From Lama guanicoe (Eukaryota), in the NCBI GenBank assembly GCA_013239625.1, contig MU054466.1, positions 5,109,770 through 5,173,769 of the forward strand: a DNA stretch of 64,000 nt. Direction: 5' to 3'. The notes under the pieces are model-generated. The model did not search any database. It was given only the letters and a program-made list of their open reading frames with translations, and had not been told where the DNA came from. This document shows, one piece after another, positions 41,901 through 53,569 of this stretch. Every line of letters starts with the position of its first letter. Within the stretch, counting starts at the first letter, position 1. The position numbers were made by a program, and so were the translations under genes.

Positions 41901-44900
41901 TGAGGCAGGCTTGGCTTCTGTGTTCTGCTGACATCACAAGGAACAGCAAACATCTTGTTTAGTTGCTCCCCAGGGCTACAGGGGGGTCTGGTGTGCCCCA
42001 GAGACATCCGTCTCCCTCTAGATCACCCCATCAGGGCAGTGGGACTCTGTCCCCAGGTAACCGCACTGCAGAGTCCCCTCTTTTGAGGACTCTGCCTGCC
42101 CTTCTCACAAGACACCAAGGCAAGGGGAGCCTGAGAGCCTGCCTGGCTCTCCCCAGAGCTCAGCAAGGGGCACAGGCTGAGCACTGGGGTCCGGCCTCAT
42201 CCCTGCTTCCATCTGCCTGGCGTGGAGCTCAGCCCCATTGCTGCAACCAAGCTCTTGGAGATGAGACACCTGCCAGTATCTCAGGACCTCAGAAGCTGGA
42301 TTTGCAGGGTTATCTTTCCTCTGGTGGCTCACTAGCTCTCCTGGTGAAGCTGCAATTCCCCTCCCACCGGGAGGGAGGCACCTGGCCTCAGATAGCACCC
42401 CTGCCAGGGTTAGAGGCTTACTCTCCTGGCCTTTGTGGGTGTGCAGTGCTCCGAGTGTTCCCCTTTACAGATGCTGATCTGTAAAGATGGCTTCATCAAG
42501 GGGAAAGGGACAGATGCTGACAAGTGGCTCTCTGCCCACAGGGCCAGCCCAGCTCTTCAACCTAGTGTAGTGTTTCCCCAGAACTCCAGAAAGACTGGTT
42601 GAGCTCTGAGGCCTTGCCAAAAGTGTCCAGCTCAGAGGGCAGCGGGCAAGGGAGCTGAGGGCCAGGAAGCTCATCTTGCACTGTGGGGGGTGTTCCCTCT
42701 GCTGGGGGGGGGGGATTTTAAGATTCATTCTCTTTTTTCTCATCCTGTAGTGGGGCAAGAAGCCCCCCTCAAGCCCAGAATCCTCCAAGCTGGCCCCGCT
42801 GGGGTCCTTAGGGGAGCACCCCAGTGGCCTCTGGGCAGCTGACCACAGCAGTCCTGAGGAGCCAGGGTGGGCGAGGAGAGGGCAGCACCCCGGGTCTGAG
42901 CCATAGGCCCTGGCTCGCTGCTGGGAGAGGAGCCTGCAGCCACCTCACCCTGAAGTCTATGCCGACGGTGGCTATGAAGGTCCCGGACAGGAAGGCCCCG
43001 TCTTTGAATTGGATCAGGAAACAGGTTTTGCCGACGCCTGAGTCTCCCAGAAGCATCACCTAGGAGATGGGGCAGAGGCAGTTAATGGGAGCTGGAGTGA
43101 GTTTCTGGGCTTCCAGGAAGAGAGACCTGGGAAAGAGGGATTGAGGGCCAGGGAAGGATGCTGACTGTGCTGAGGGGCATCTGCTTCTGGAAAGCCTGCT
43201 GCTGCCTCCACCTTGCCTCTCCTCTCCACACTCCATGTCTCTGTGCCCGCTGCCTCTCAGGCTCTCCCTCAGCCCCTCCTGTCCTCTTCCAATTTCCCGG
43301 GAGCCTGAGTTGAGACCTCAGCACCAACAGGTCCCCAGATGTGCTCGATTGCCCCAGAGAACAACCCCATTCGTGTGGTCTAGACTCTGGCCACATCTGC
43401 CCCCTGCCACGTCATGCCAGGATTCCCTCACTCTCTGTGTGTCTTCCACGCATGTGTGTGCACATGGGTGGGGCTACAGTGCCTGGAAAGGGAAGTATTA
43501 ATACCTTGGACAGGGATTCCTGCCCCAGGGCGTGTATCAGCATCTCATGGGGGTGAGGCTCTGTCATTTGCAAAGGCATATTCTAAAATTACTGTTGCTC
43601 GGGTGTTTTACATCACATTTATTTGGAAATTTCTAATGACATTTTATGTTGACAAAAGGGTTGCACAAATTAGGGAAGGCTGAAATTTATACTGAAGTGT
43701 AGAGACATTTAGTCTGAAGTTCTTTCTGCAGAAACCTCCCAAGAGGGACAAATGGCTGCAAATTTGCATCCCTGGGTCACTGTAGGTGGGAGAACAGGAG
43801 GGAATGTGGAGGGGGTGGGGTGTGTCCATCCCTTTACTGTCCTGCCATCTTCTCAGGAGGACATGTGTGTGTGGGCTGGGGGGGCCCTCTGTCCAGTTAC
43901 TCCTCAATCTTGGAGAACAGAGGTCTAGCCCTAATGCTGGAATTTCCCTAACTGGCCGGTTTGCTACTTAATGGGTCTAGCAGGGTCTAGGCTTGAGTTA
44001 TTCTTGAGTCTCTGACCTTGACAGTGGTGCCCAAAGTCTTTTCTGCCGTGGGCATGAGGTATGGGGTTAGCTCACTTTGGTGGAGAGCTGGGGGGCTGAG
44101 CAAAAGGAGTATGAAGGCTGGGGTTCTGGCTTGTACATGGGTTACTGGGGACTTCAGGAAGATCCCTTAACCCTTCTGCGGCTGTTCCCACAGTGGCTAA
44201 ATGGAAGGGAGGATAATTTCTTTAAGGCCTTTCTAAAGTCTGTTAATAGCTGGGGTCAAAAATGTTGGCATGAACCACCTAAGACTTCAGAAGAGTGACT
44301 TTAGAAGGGACAGGTGCTGCCTGCCTGTGGCCCCATCCCCTCTAGTCTGACCCAAGGAGCTCCTGCCAGGCTTCTCCCAGGCTGTCCTGGACAGGCCTGG
44401 GACATGAAGGCTGGTGTAGGCCAGGGGCCAACTCCCCACCGACGCTGCTTGGCCTCGGGGACAGAGGGAGCGCTGGAGGCTGGGCCCTCTGGAGCCTGCA
44501 TTGCCCCCTGGCTCCCAGCACCCAATGGAGAAGAGAGGGAAGGAGGGAGGGTAAGTGCCTGTGTACTTTACAGATCACAGCTGCTTTGAGCAAACGATGC
44601 CAGCCACCCACCCAGCCAGGCCATTCCACCAAATACAAACAGCTGCCAGCCTGGCCACCTCCTAGGCAAACACCCAGCTGAGTTATCAGGCAAGGAGGTC
44701 AGGCAGTCCCCACCAGGCTCCCCCTCCTCTGAACACACCGGGGCCCATTTCCTGTCTGGAGCCCACACAGGACGCCTATCTCAACGGCTCTGGAAGGGTG
44801 ACTTGCAGAGTGGCTTCCCCTGAAAGAGTGGGGGTGGAGGGCACAGGCTCCCAGCGAAAGTGGAGGGAGGAAATCAAGGCACAGAAAGAAGCAGGCGTCC

Positions 44901-45911
44901 TTCAAAGCTGCGACGGGTTAGCCCCTTCACTCATCTCTCCCCACCCCTACAAGGGAGAGTGAAGGCTCTAGGCTCCCTTCGCACCTCTTTTAGAGCCCCT
45001 GCGACCAGCCTGCTCCAATGGCACAGAGGGAGGGCAGACAGACCAGTGTCCACCGCCACCCCCAGCCGCTTCCATACAAGGGCACCCGCAGAGGGAATTA
45101 GCCCAGAGAGCTGACTTAAGCGCTCCCAGGTGGGGGACTTGTGCCTAACCACACAGATCTTCCTCAGGTTCTAAAATTTCCCAGGTGGGTCCGCATTCGG
45201 GCCAGCAACATCCTCCCGGAGGAAGGCGCGGGCAGTGACTGCAGAGGTGGAAAGGGAAGGGTAGCACCTGGGGGTAGCTGGGTTCTAAAGATCTTCAGGC
45301 TTAAGGTCTTGAAACTGATACAAAGTCTCAACTGAGTTTAGCTGGGAGAAGGGCATTAACCGCAAGTTTCCCAGCCGCCAGGGGGCGTCCTCTGGGAGCC
45401 TCCAGGCAGCCCTGTTTCCCAGGACTTCTGGTGCCTGTGCCTTGCAGAGTTGTGCGCTTAACCCCTACCGAGAAGCACGGGGTTCCCGGGAGCTCATATT
45501 GGCAAGAGTGACAGAAGAAAGTGGGGTTGGGGTCCGCTGGGTGGGGAGTCACTCAGTCCTTCCGACCTGCCTCTCCCCTCTTCCCACGGAACCAGTCCAG
45601 ATCCCTGGATGTTGGGATGGGCCCAAGGCTGTGTCTCGACCCTCCCTCCTTACTCTGGGAGACCCGGCTGTCTGCCGGGAAGGGATGAGTCCAGCACAGA
45701 CGGAACCAGAAAGGGGCTTGGGCGGGGAGGGCCGGGGTCTCAGGGCAAAGCGTGCGGGGAAGGGTGGCCCCCAGAGCCCGCACGGGAGTCCCCAGCGCTG
45801 GGCACAGTGCCCACCCACCTTGCCCGTGAGATCGTAGCTCGGACTGCAGGGTGGGGAGCGCTCCGGGCCCTCGCCATCCCGGGTGGCAGCGGCGCCAGGC
45901 GTGCCCGTCAT
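38990..45911 (-). CDS. RAB37: Ras-related protein Rab-37, proximal-promoter isoform, complete 223-aa CDS
   Basis: Exons 45911-45819, 43059-42949 (GDSGVGKT P-loop, TVGIDF), 41859-41818, 41316-41250 (WDTAGQERF), 41148-41096, 40137-40072 (GNK), 39496-39440, 39367-39291 (ETSAK), 39095-38990 (...[13 protein letters not shown]), 672 nt in total. C-terminal CC prenylation motif. Confidence 0.97.
45372..45389 (+). promoter_or_regulatory. CTCF-type motif in RAB37 intron 1
   Basis: CAGCCGCCAGGGGGCGTC matches the CTCF core. A second, reverse-oriented candidate (TGACCGCCAGGTGGATG on minus) is at 46323-46339. Confidence 0.5.
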
Positions 45912-46430
45912 GTCCCTGGACGAGGTGAGCTGGGACAGGCGGCGGGCGAGGGACAGCGCAGGAACCGCCCCACCTTAGGCTCCACCCACTCCTTCTCCCC
46001 TCCGCCGCCGCGGCCGGGACCCCGACAGGCTCCTCCCTCTGTTCCGCCACTTGAACGCTACCGGGCGAGAGCTGGCTCTCTCGCGGGGGCGCGCAGGGCT
46101 GCAAGGTCATCTCCTGAGGGGCAGGCGGGCCCCCTGAGCCGCACTGCCTGAGGGCATGGGCCAAATCCAGCCCTAGGACCGGTCCCCCAAGGTCGCCAGC
46201 CGCCGGGGTTAGATTCCCACGGGTAGCGGTCGGTGGAGGTCTGGCATCGCTGGGATCCGCGGACCAGGGCCCGGGTTCCCGTTGCCCCTGCGCAGCGCAG
46301 CCAGCAGGCGGCGCCCGAGCTCCATCCACCTGGCGGTCAACAGGTGGCCCCGGGGGCGGGCCTGGGGGAAGCTGCGGATGCCCTTGGGCAGCGCAGCGCA
46401 GCGCCCAGGCAGTTTCGCTTTCGCTAATAC
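45700..46430 (-). promoter_or_regulatory. RAB37 proximal CpG-island promoter
   Basis: CpG-rich segment spanning and upstream of the ATG exon at 45911. Confidence 0.75.
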
Positions 46431-49400
46431 ATCCTAGCTCGACATCATCTGAACGTAATGTTTGCCGACCGATTGATATTCACCTTGTAGCACATTTGCA
46501 CTTCGGGTCCCTGGACTTTGACACCTCCCATTTCCCTCTGATCTGTTGGACAGCGCCCAGAATGTTCCACCCTGGAGAACCTTCCTAGGCGAGCTTCCTG
46601 GCACACTTCCCAATCCAGGCATTCCTGAAGGCAGGGCTGGCCTTATCCACGTGCTGCCCTCCACCCCGGCACACAGTAGGCCTTAAACATTTGGTACCAA
46701 ATGAATTCAGGAAGTCGTGAATCATTTTGAAGAGTCTCCAGGACATCCCAGAAACCCTGGTGACAGAGGATAAGAATGTGTCTGGAGTTCAGGGACCCCA
46801 GCCTGGGCCAACCATTCAATTAGCCCACCCCAGCATCCTATACAGTGCAGCCAGTTTACCAGGAAACAAGGTGCGTGAATTACAAAGGGACTGTTTGAGG
46901 GGTGTGTAGAGGGGCAAGGGCCCTCACCTATTTGCCTGGGTGTTGGAGGTTCCAGGCAAGGGGCAGGCACAACTGATGAGTGACTGTAGGCCTACTGGGG
47001 ACTGTGTGTTCACCCGCCTCCAGCCCTGTGACTCAAGAGGGAGCCATATATGGGCGAGGAGCAGCTCCACAGAACCCCCTAAAATGCCCCCAAGTCTCAC
47101 ACTATCCCCAGATGTACACATCACCCCCTGAATAAAGTGCCTCTTAAATTAGCCCAGCCCCTCTCATCACCCCAAATCCAGAATGCACATGTACCACAGT
47201 TCGCCCCGGACTTCCAGACGCCCCTCCTGGCAGAGTAAGTGAGGATGCCACATGAAACCTCATGGTTGTTCAGAGTGGGGCCCTGGTGTGCAGCCAAGGG
47301 CCTCCCTCAATCCAAATGTGAACAGAGGGAGCTGGGAGAAACCCCCAGAGCTGGGGCAGGAGGGACAGCACACAGCCCAGGGGGGATATGGAGGGGAGAC
47401 CAGGGCAGAGGCCAGGGGGCTGAGGCACGCGGACCACCTGCTGGACCACCTACATCAGAGTCCCCGGTGTCTGTCTACACACAGATTCTGGACCCCACAT
47501 GTGGGTGGGTGGGCTCAGGGTCTGCAGAGAAACTGGAGGTTTTTATATGCACTAAATGAGTGTTTGAAAACCACTGGGCTGAATTGTGCAAGACCTTGGC
47601 CAGCAGATGATGGATTTAGACCTTATTGGAAGGCAGTAGTGAGCCCTTGAAGGTGCTGAAGGGTGGGGACCAGGGGCGAGACTTTTGGAAGATGTACTTT
47701 ACCACGGTGTCCAGGCAAGACTGGAGAGTCTGGGGGACACCGAGGTAAGAAATAATAAGGAGGACCTGAACTAGGGTGAGAGAGGGACTGGCTGGAGAGA
47801 CTACTGTGTGAACCCCATTGATGTCAGCACCCCAGTAAACCCATCTGCAGGACTCAGCAGCCCATTTGATAGAGTTGATGATGGAGGAATTGAGGAGGAC
47901 CTTGATTTGAAAGGCAGCTACCCAGGACCTGGGCAGGTCCCACCTTCAGAAGCAGCAGGGTATAGAGGCTCTGGGAGGTGGCCTGAGGGCAGACCCTAGG
48001 TAGTCCCCCCACTCGCCTCTGCCTCCCGGCAAGTGAAGATCAAGGACTGGCCCCCTCTCCTGCTGCCCACGCCGCAATCAGACTTACAAGCTGGGTCGGC
48101 AGGAGCTCCCCCCGCTCCCTGCCTCAGTTACCATCACCAGCCAGGGCCAGCCACAGGGCACTTGCAAATTGCCAGCTGTCGGCAGTGTTTCAAATCTCTG
48201 TGCGAAAGACAGAAGGACAAGCGAGTGCCTTGTAGCCGGCTCTCTGGGGACTCCCGGGCCACTGATCTTGGAAGGAGACCCCAGTGTCCTCCAGCTCCTG
48301 TGTCTGCACAACTCAGGAGACATGAGCTGCTGCACAAAGATCTGGCTGTTCTGAACAGAGGGTTGGGAAGAGACCTGTCTTTGGAGAGGAAAAGAATGGA
48401 GGGTCCCTAGTGCTAGATGGAGGGGTGGGAAGGGGGCCTGTGGAGGAGACAGACATTTCCTCTGTGAAAGCTGCAGCCTCTTTGTCTGTAAGTGAGCTGT
48501 TGTGTCTAGGCCCAGGGTCGGCAGGTGTCCTCAGTGCTGCTCTCCCGGGCTGTTGTCCCCGCCCTCCACCACCAGGAGGGGCGCTCCCCAGGGTTGTATC
48601 TCAGCTGAGGGGTCAGTATGTGCCCTTTTTGCTGTTAGCTCATGCCTTTGCCCCAGGAGACCCCAGGCTCGGGCATGGGTCGGGCCCTCAGGCCCTCACT
48701 CAGCCTAAGCTGCCCACGGGTTTGTCCTGAGGTGCTGGCTGATGCCAAGCAAGCAGCCGAGGCGCTAGAAGGCCCAGCGCAGGCGAGAGGGAGAGCCCCG
48801 CCTGTCCTGTTCTTCCTTCTCACGGGCGAGTTGCCTTACTTTTCTTACCAGGCTGGTGGCAAAATTTGGAGGTCCCAACCTTGTTCATCTGTGGAGTGTG
48901 AATCAAGGTTTCCACACCCCCACCCCCTCCCACCCTCACCCCCTCTCTGCCTCCTGCCCTCTGACAGGCAGAAGGACGGGTGTGAGGTGGGTGAGGAGAC
49001 GTGACTGGGACTGTGGGGGCACCGGGTGCCCTGGGTACTGAAGGGCAGATGACACGGGGCCACGATGGGGGTTCACTTTACGGCAGCCTGGTCCAAGGCC
49101 TGGGGCTTGCCGAGGTGGCCACGCCCTCCTGGGACTCAGCCCCGCGCTGCCCAGCACCCTAACCCAGTCCTCCCTGTCCTGGGGGATCCCTCTCTAACTC
49201 CAGGCCCTAGTGCACACCCTGACCCGGCTCTCATTTCTGCTTCACTCTGAAGCCCTGTCCATCGTGGGCCCTTGCCTTCTGCACTGACCTGCCAATGGGT
49301 AAGCCCAATTTCTAGGGATCCCCTCTCTTTTCGCACCAGCTTGGCTCTGTTGTGTCTCAGCACGAGTGTGGCCTTGCAGGCCTGGTGCTCTGTTCGATCC

Positions 49401-50203
49401 TGGAGGCTGGCCTCTCAGACACCCGGGCTGCCCAAGAAATGATGCTCTCCCGCATCTCTGGGCATTAGCATCCAGGAGACCCTGAAGGAGGGCTCTGCTG
49501 CTCCTGCTTCAGTCCAAGAGAAAGCTGGAACCCTTTCCAAAGGCCTCCTGAGGATTCAAGGTCACTGAGCAGCTGGCAGGTGTGGTGAAAATGGAGTGAA
49601 ATTAGGATATGCGGTAGAGGAAGGGCTTTGTAGCCCGCAGAGGGGCTCTGGATGGAGAACTTGAGAATGCTTCCTGAATCTGAGCTGCGGTCCAGGGAGA
49701 TGCAGGGTGCTAAAAACCTGAACTTTAACCCTTCACCTGCCAGTGCCCTCTGACCCACATGAAGATGCTGAGTTTGGACTGTGCTTAAAATTTTAAGCCA
49801 CCCCTTTGCCTCTCCAGGTTCTTCTTGCCCCGCATCTGTATCAAGATATTCCCTTGCTTTCTAGCATCCAGCTGTCCTCAACCATGGGGAGCCCCAGAAA
49901 GAGGTGGACAGGGTGATTTGCTACATTCCTCCACCGAGGGTCACAGCTCCTGCCAGCCCTCTGCACACAGCCCTCTTTGTCTCTGGTTCTGGTGACAGTT
50001 CCCTCCTCTCACTGTTTTTAAGCTTGGGGAGGGATGAAGGCTGTGAGACTGTCTGAGGGCATCACACCGTCCCTCCTGGTTCCCCAGCATTCTGCCTGCA
50101 CCTTGGTAAATGGCCTTTTCATGAAACCTCCTGAATGACCCAATGTGAGTGTCCAGCTATTTCCTGCTGAGACAGCAGGGCCCCAGAGCCTTGGAGTGCT
50201 TAC

Positions 50204-50314
50204 TGTGAATCCGATGCCCACGGTGGCTGAGAAGGAGCCCGGGATGAACTTGCCCTGGTCGAACTGAACCAGCAGAGATGTCTTTCCCACGCCGCTATCA
50301 CCAACCAGGATGGT
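50204..50314 (-). CDS. RAB37: RAB37 alternative second coding exon (distal-promoter isoform); its first exon lies beyond the window's right edge
   Basis: 111-nt phase-0 exon with a tttcag acceptor and gtaag donor, encoding [37 protein letters not shown]. It splices in frame to exon 41859 (NKVVTVDG...) and matches the recalled alternative N-terminal RAB37 isoform. Confidence 0.9.
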
Positions 50315-50559
50315 CTGAAAGGGAGCAACAGAGAGAGCTGAGGGCCTGCAGTGTGGATCGGACTGCCCAGATGTCCTCGTGGACGTGGGAGGGGGTTCCT
50401 TCTAAATGCACATAAATGTGTGTGCACACACCACACTTGAACAACAGACACAGAGACACACTCACATGTGTAAGCATGTGCATGCACGCGCACACACACA
50501 CACACTAACCAAACTCTGGTTTTCCTATCGAAGCCACTGAAGATGGCAGGAAAACACAG

Positions 50560-50885
50560 AGGAAATCTCATTTCAAAGTTTGGAAGTTCCCGGCCAAAGT
50601 TGGGTGCGGCAGGGACACTGAGGCAAGTCTGTTCCTGGGAGACACAGGACTCCCCTGAAGGCCGACTTCAGCTCAAGGACTCCCTCACAGTTTAACAGAA
50701 ACTTCCAGGGGCTGCACAGCAATCCTAGACACTTCGACCCAACCTTCCTGCTCTCTCTCCTTCACCTGGGCCAGACCTGCTCTCCCCACCCCTCCTGGCT
50801 CCTACCCCGTTTCCCTCATGGATATTTCCCCTAATACATTGAATTCCCTTTGGCATCTGCTGCTTGGAAGACCTGGACTAACACA
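50560..50885 (+). mobile_element. ERVL LTR16-like remnant
   Basis: gggacactgaggcaagtctgttcctgggagacacaggactcc...tttcccctaata...ggcatctgctgcttggaagacctggactaacaca resembles the LTR16A 3' end. Confidence 0.55.
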
Positions 50886-53420
50886 GTGGGTCTCCTGCAT
50901 GGGAAAGTACATAGGATTTAAAAAAAACTGGGGTGTCTGGTTACATGCCTTGGGAAGAGTTTGCCCTTGGCCCTGAGAAAGGCCTTGGAGAGGACATTTT
51001 TAAGGGAAGCAGAGTTTTGAAAAGAAGGAGCTGGCTCTTCTGTACTCAGAGGAAGTAGTGCAGAGAGCTAGCTGCAAGCTCAGGTGCTATGTTTGAAAGA
51101 AAGTTGTAAGCAACAGAGAAGAAATATACATGCACCCAGAGGCTGATACCCTGTGGGTCCTCAATGAATGAATGAATGAATGCATGGATGAGTGGGTAAA
51201 TGCCTTAGTTTCAAAGTGGACAGTAGCCACTTTCCAAAGGCAAGAATTCACGATCACAGGAAAGACTTAGGAGATACCAACTTTAGCTGGACTTGCAAAA
51301 ATTTAAAAACATAAAAAACCAAAATGGAAAAACATGGCCAATGACAGGATCTCCTTAGGTCCGACCCATGGGTACCAGCACTGTTTGCCCCAGGGCAAAC
51401 ATGGGTTGTCCGTGATGCTGACTTTGGACATCCTCTGACTATGGCCCCCTGGTCCCCACTTCTTGAACCAAATTCCATTCAGCTTGTATTTCTGCCTGGA
51501 TTAAAAGGCTCCATTTATTTGCTGTGTGCAGTGGCTTTAATAATTTCCATTTCAAATCCAGATTCCCCAAGCTGGAAGAAGTGCTTCCTAGAGAGAATAT
51601 TCCAGAATGCTGAGGATTTGGCCAGTCCATCCACGTCCACCTCGTTCATCTACTAAAGGATATAGCAGGTTCTCATTCTTTTTCCTCTTCTCCTTTCCAG
51701 GGTGAAGAGTTCTCATCACTTGCTTCTCACATCATATGAAAACAGTTCCGTCTTTTTTGGGACCCTTTCTGGTTCAGTGAACACAGGGTCCAGGGCGACA
51801 GGGTTCAGTGTTTCAGATCCAGCTGAATCCTGCCTGGAGGAAGGGACAAGGTGATGCTCTCGTATTGGCCTTTTTAGAGACAGCCGCCCCTGGAGATACT
51901 CACATCAGGAATCAGTTGATGACTCTACAGAACTTATTTCTGGACCACAACCGAGAGCTCAGAGCTGATCAATTTACAAATGTTATTGAATTATTTCCCC
52001 CTAAATCCAAGATCATCCTTAGACCTGGTCCTCCTCTGCCTGTGTCCCTCCCCATGAAATGAGTGCTCCACAGGGCCAAAGACCTATGTCCCTCCAACAG
52101 ACCATGCTTTGCCCCAAGCTAATGTTGGGGCAAAACTGCTAGTGTTGCACCCCGTATCTGAGTGGCCAAGGGGTGGCTGTTTGCAGGGGTGTGGACAAAG
52201 CTTAGGATGTCCACAAAGCTTGGGGTGTCCACGTGCATTCTCTTGAGGACGTTTGGGGTGTGGAAAGTGTAGGAGGGGGAAGAGCAGGGGACCATCTGTG
52301 GATGGGGAGCTGAGGGCTGGGAGATGGCTAGGCTGCCATGTTTTGGTGCAGAACTTCTGAGAATCCTACATTTGAACCTGGCTTCCCGGTTGGTAGGAAG
52401 GTATGTTTGTCAAGGTGGGAAGATCAGATACACTTGATTTGGTAGTTTCTTTTAGCTTGACTTAGTTAAAATATTGGGATATTGGGACATATGGTATATG
52501 GGGCCCCCATTGGTATTTTAGCCCTAGCCCCCCAAATTTTAGGGATAGATCTGCCTGATCTATTACTTTAGATACACAATGGAGTTTCTCTCTCCATTCA
52601 AGAGCTACTGGGATTTTCCTGAAGTTTCTCCAGGGGGGCTCCAAGTTTCACTGCTTGCAGAAGCCAGGTGTCAAGCTCAGGTCTAGATTTTTCCACGGCA
52701 CCTTCCCTCCTTGGGATCATTTGTGAAAATGTTAACTAAGTGTGATGCTGGCAGAAAGCTCTGTGTCAGCTTTGCTACCATTCAGACAAGGGTCTTTGTT
52801 CTCCCTCCCTAAGTCGTTTTGTTTACGTCCATATTTGTGCCTCATCCACTTCCAAATGGATGGACTTGAGGTGATTTACGGGGAAAGGGCAGTTAAGGAT
52901 GCTGCCTGAGGAGGTTCTGCCCCAGAGTGAGGCTGGGTTGTTCCTGTATCTGGGCATTATACTTGGTTCTGGATTTCCTGGAAGTCAAGACAAAATGGGA
53001 AACCAGATAGGGTGTGTGGTACTTATTGCCAAACAAGAACACCCGAGTCCTTTCAATCAGTGAGTATTTTCTCTTGGCATGAGATGCTGGGAGGATTCTC
53101 TTGTACAAGAGGCCCTGGATGACGAAATGGGCAGTTGTCATTTTGCAGAAGATGCAAAGCTTTGCTTATAGCTTTTGTATCGACCTTTGCTAAAAGCCAG
53201 GGCCTAACATTAAATTGCACTTCCGTAGAGGTCTCTCAATGGGAACTGGGCTAATGCTGTCTAAAAACGTTGCTTTCCTGTGACTTCATGATTCCGGGGG
53301 AACATTTAGAAAACCAAGATGAATGGGGTGGTTACCATGGCTCTTATAGTGGCTCTGACTGACTTTTTTTTTTTAAACCAAGACAGGAAATTCAAATGCC
53401 ATAAAGAAAAGAATTGAGGA

Positions 53421-53560
53421 GGGAAGGTAGAGCTCAGGGGTCGAGGGCATACCTAGCATGCATGAGGTCCTGGGCTCCATCCCCAGTACCTCCACTAAAA
53501 AAATAAATAAACCTAATTACCTCCCCGACTGGAAAAACAAAACAAAACAAAAAAGAAAAA
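53421..53560 (+). mobile_element. tRNA-derived SINE of camelid type (Vic-1-like)
   Basis: tRNA-like head gggaaggtagagctcagggg...gcatgcatgaggtcctgggctccatccccagtacctcc, then aaataaataaacctaattacctcccc and an (AAAAC)n/A-rich tail. Degenerate flanking repeat aagaaaagaattga / aagaaaaagatcga. Confidence 0.75.
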
Positions 53561-53569
53561 GATCGATAG

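Noticed and set aside
45951-45959. GGACAGCGC, a REST/RE1 right half-site near the RAB37 start
   Set aside because: No left half-site (TTCAGCACC) at the proper spacing.
45553-46329. 258-aa minus-strand ORF over the RAB37 promoter
   Set aside because: It is in a different frame from RAB37 exon 1, is Pro/Gly/Ala/Arg-rich with no recognisable domain, and is expected in a stop-poor CpG island.
53421-53495. tRNA-like sequence
   Set aside because: The A/B boxes are degenerate and are followed by a SINE body and A-rich tail, so it is a SINE head and not a tRNA gene.
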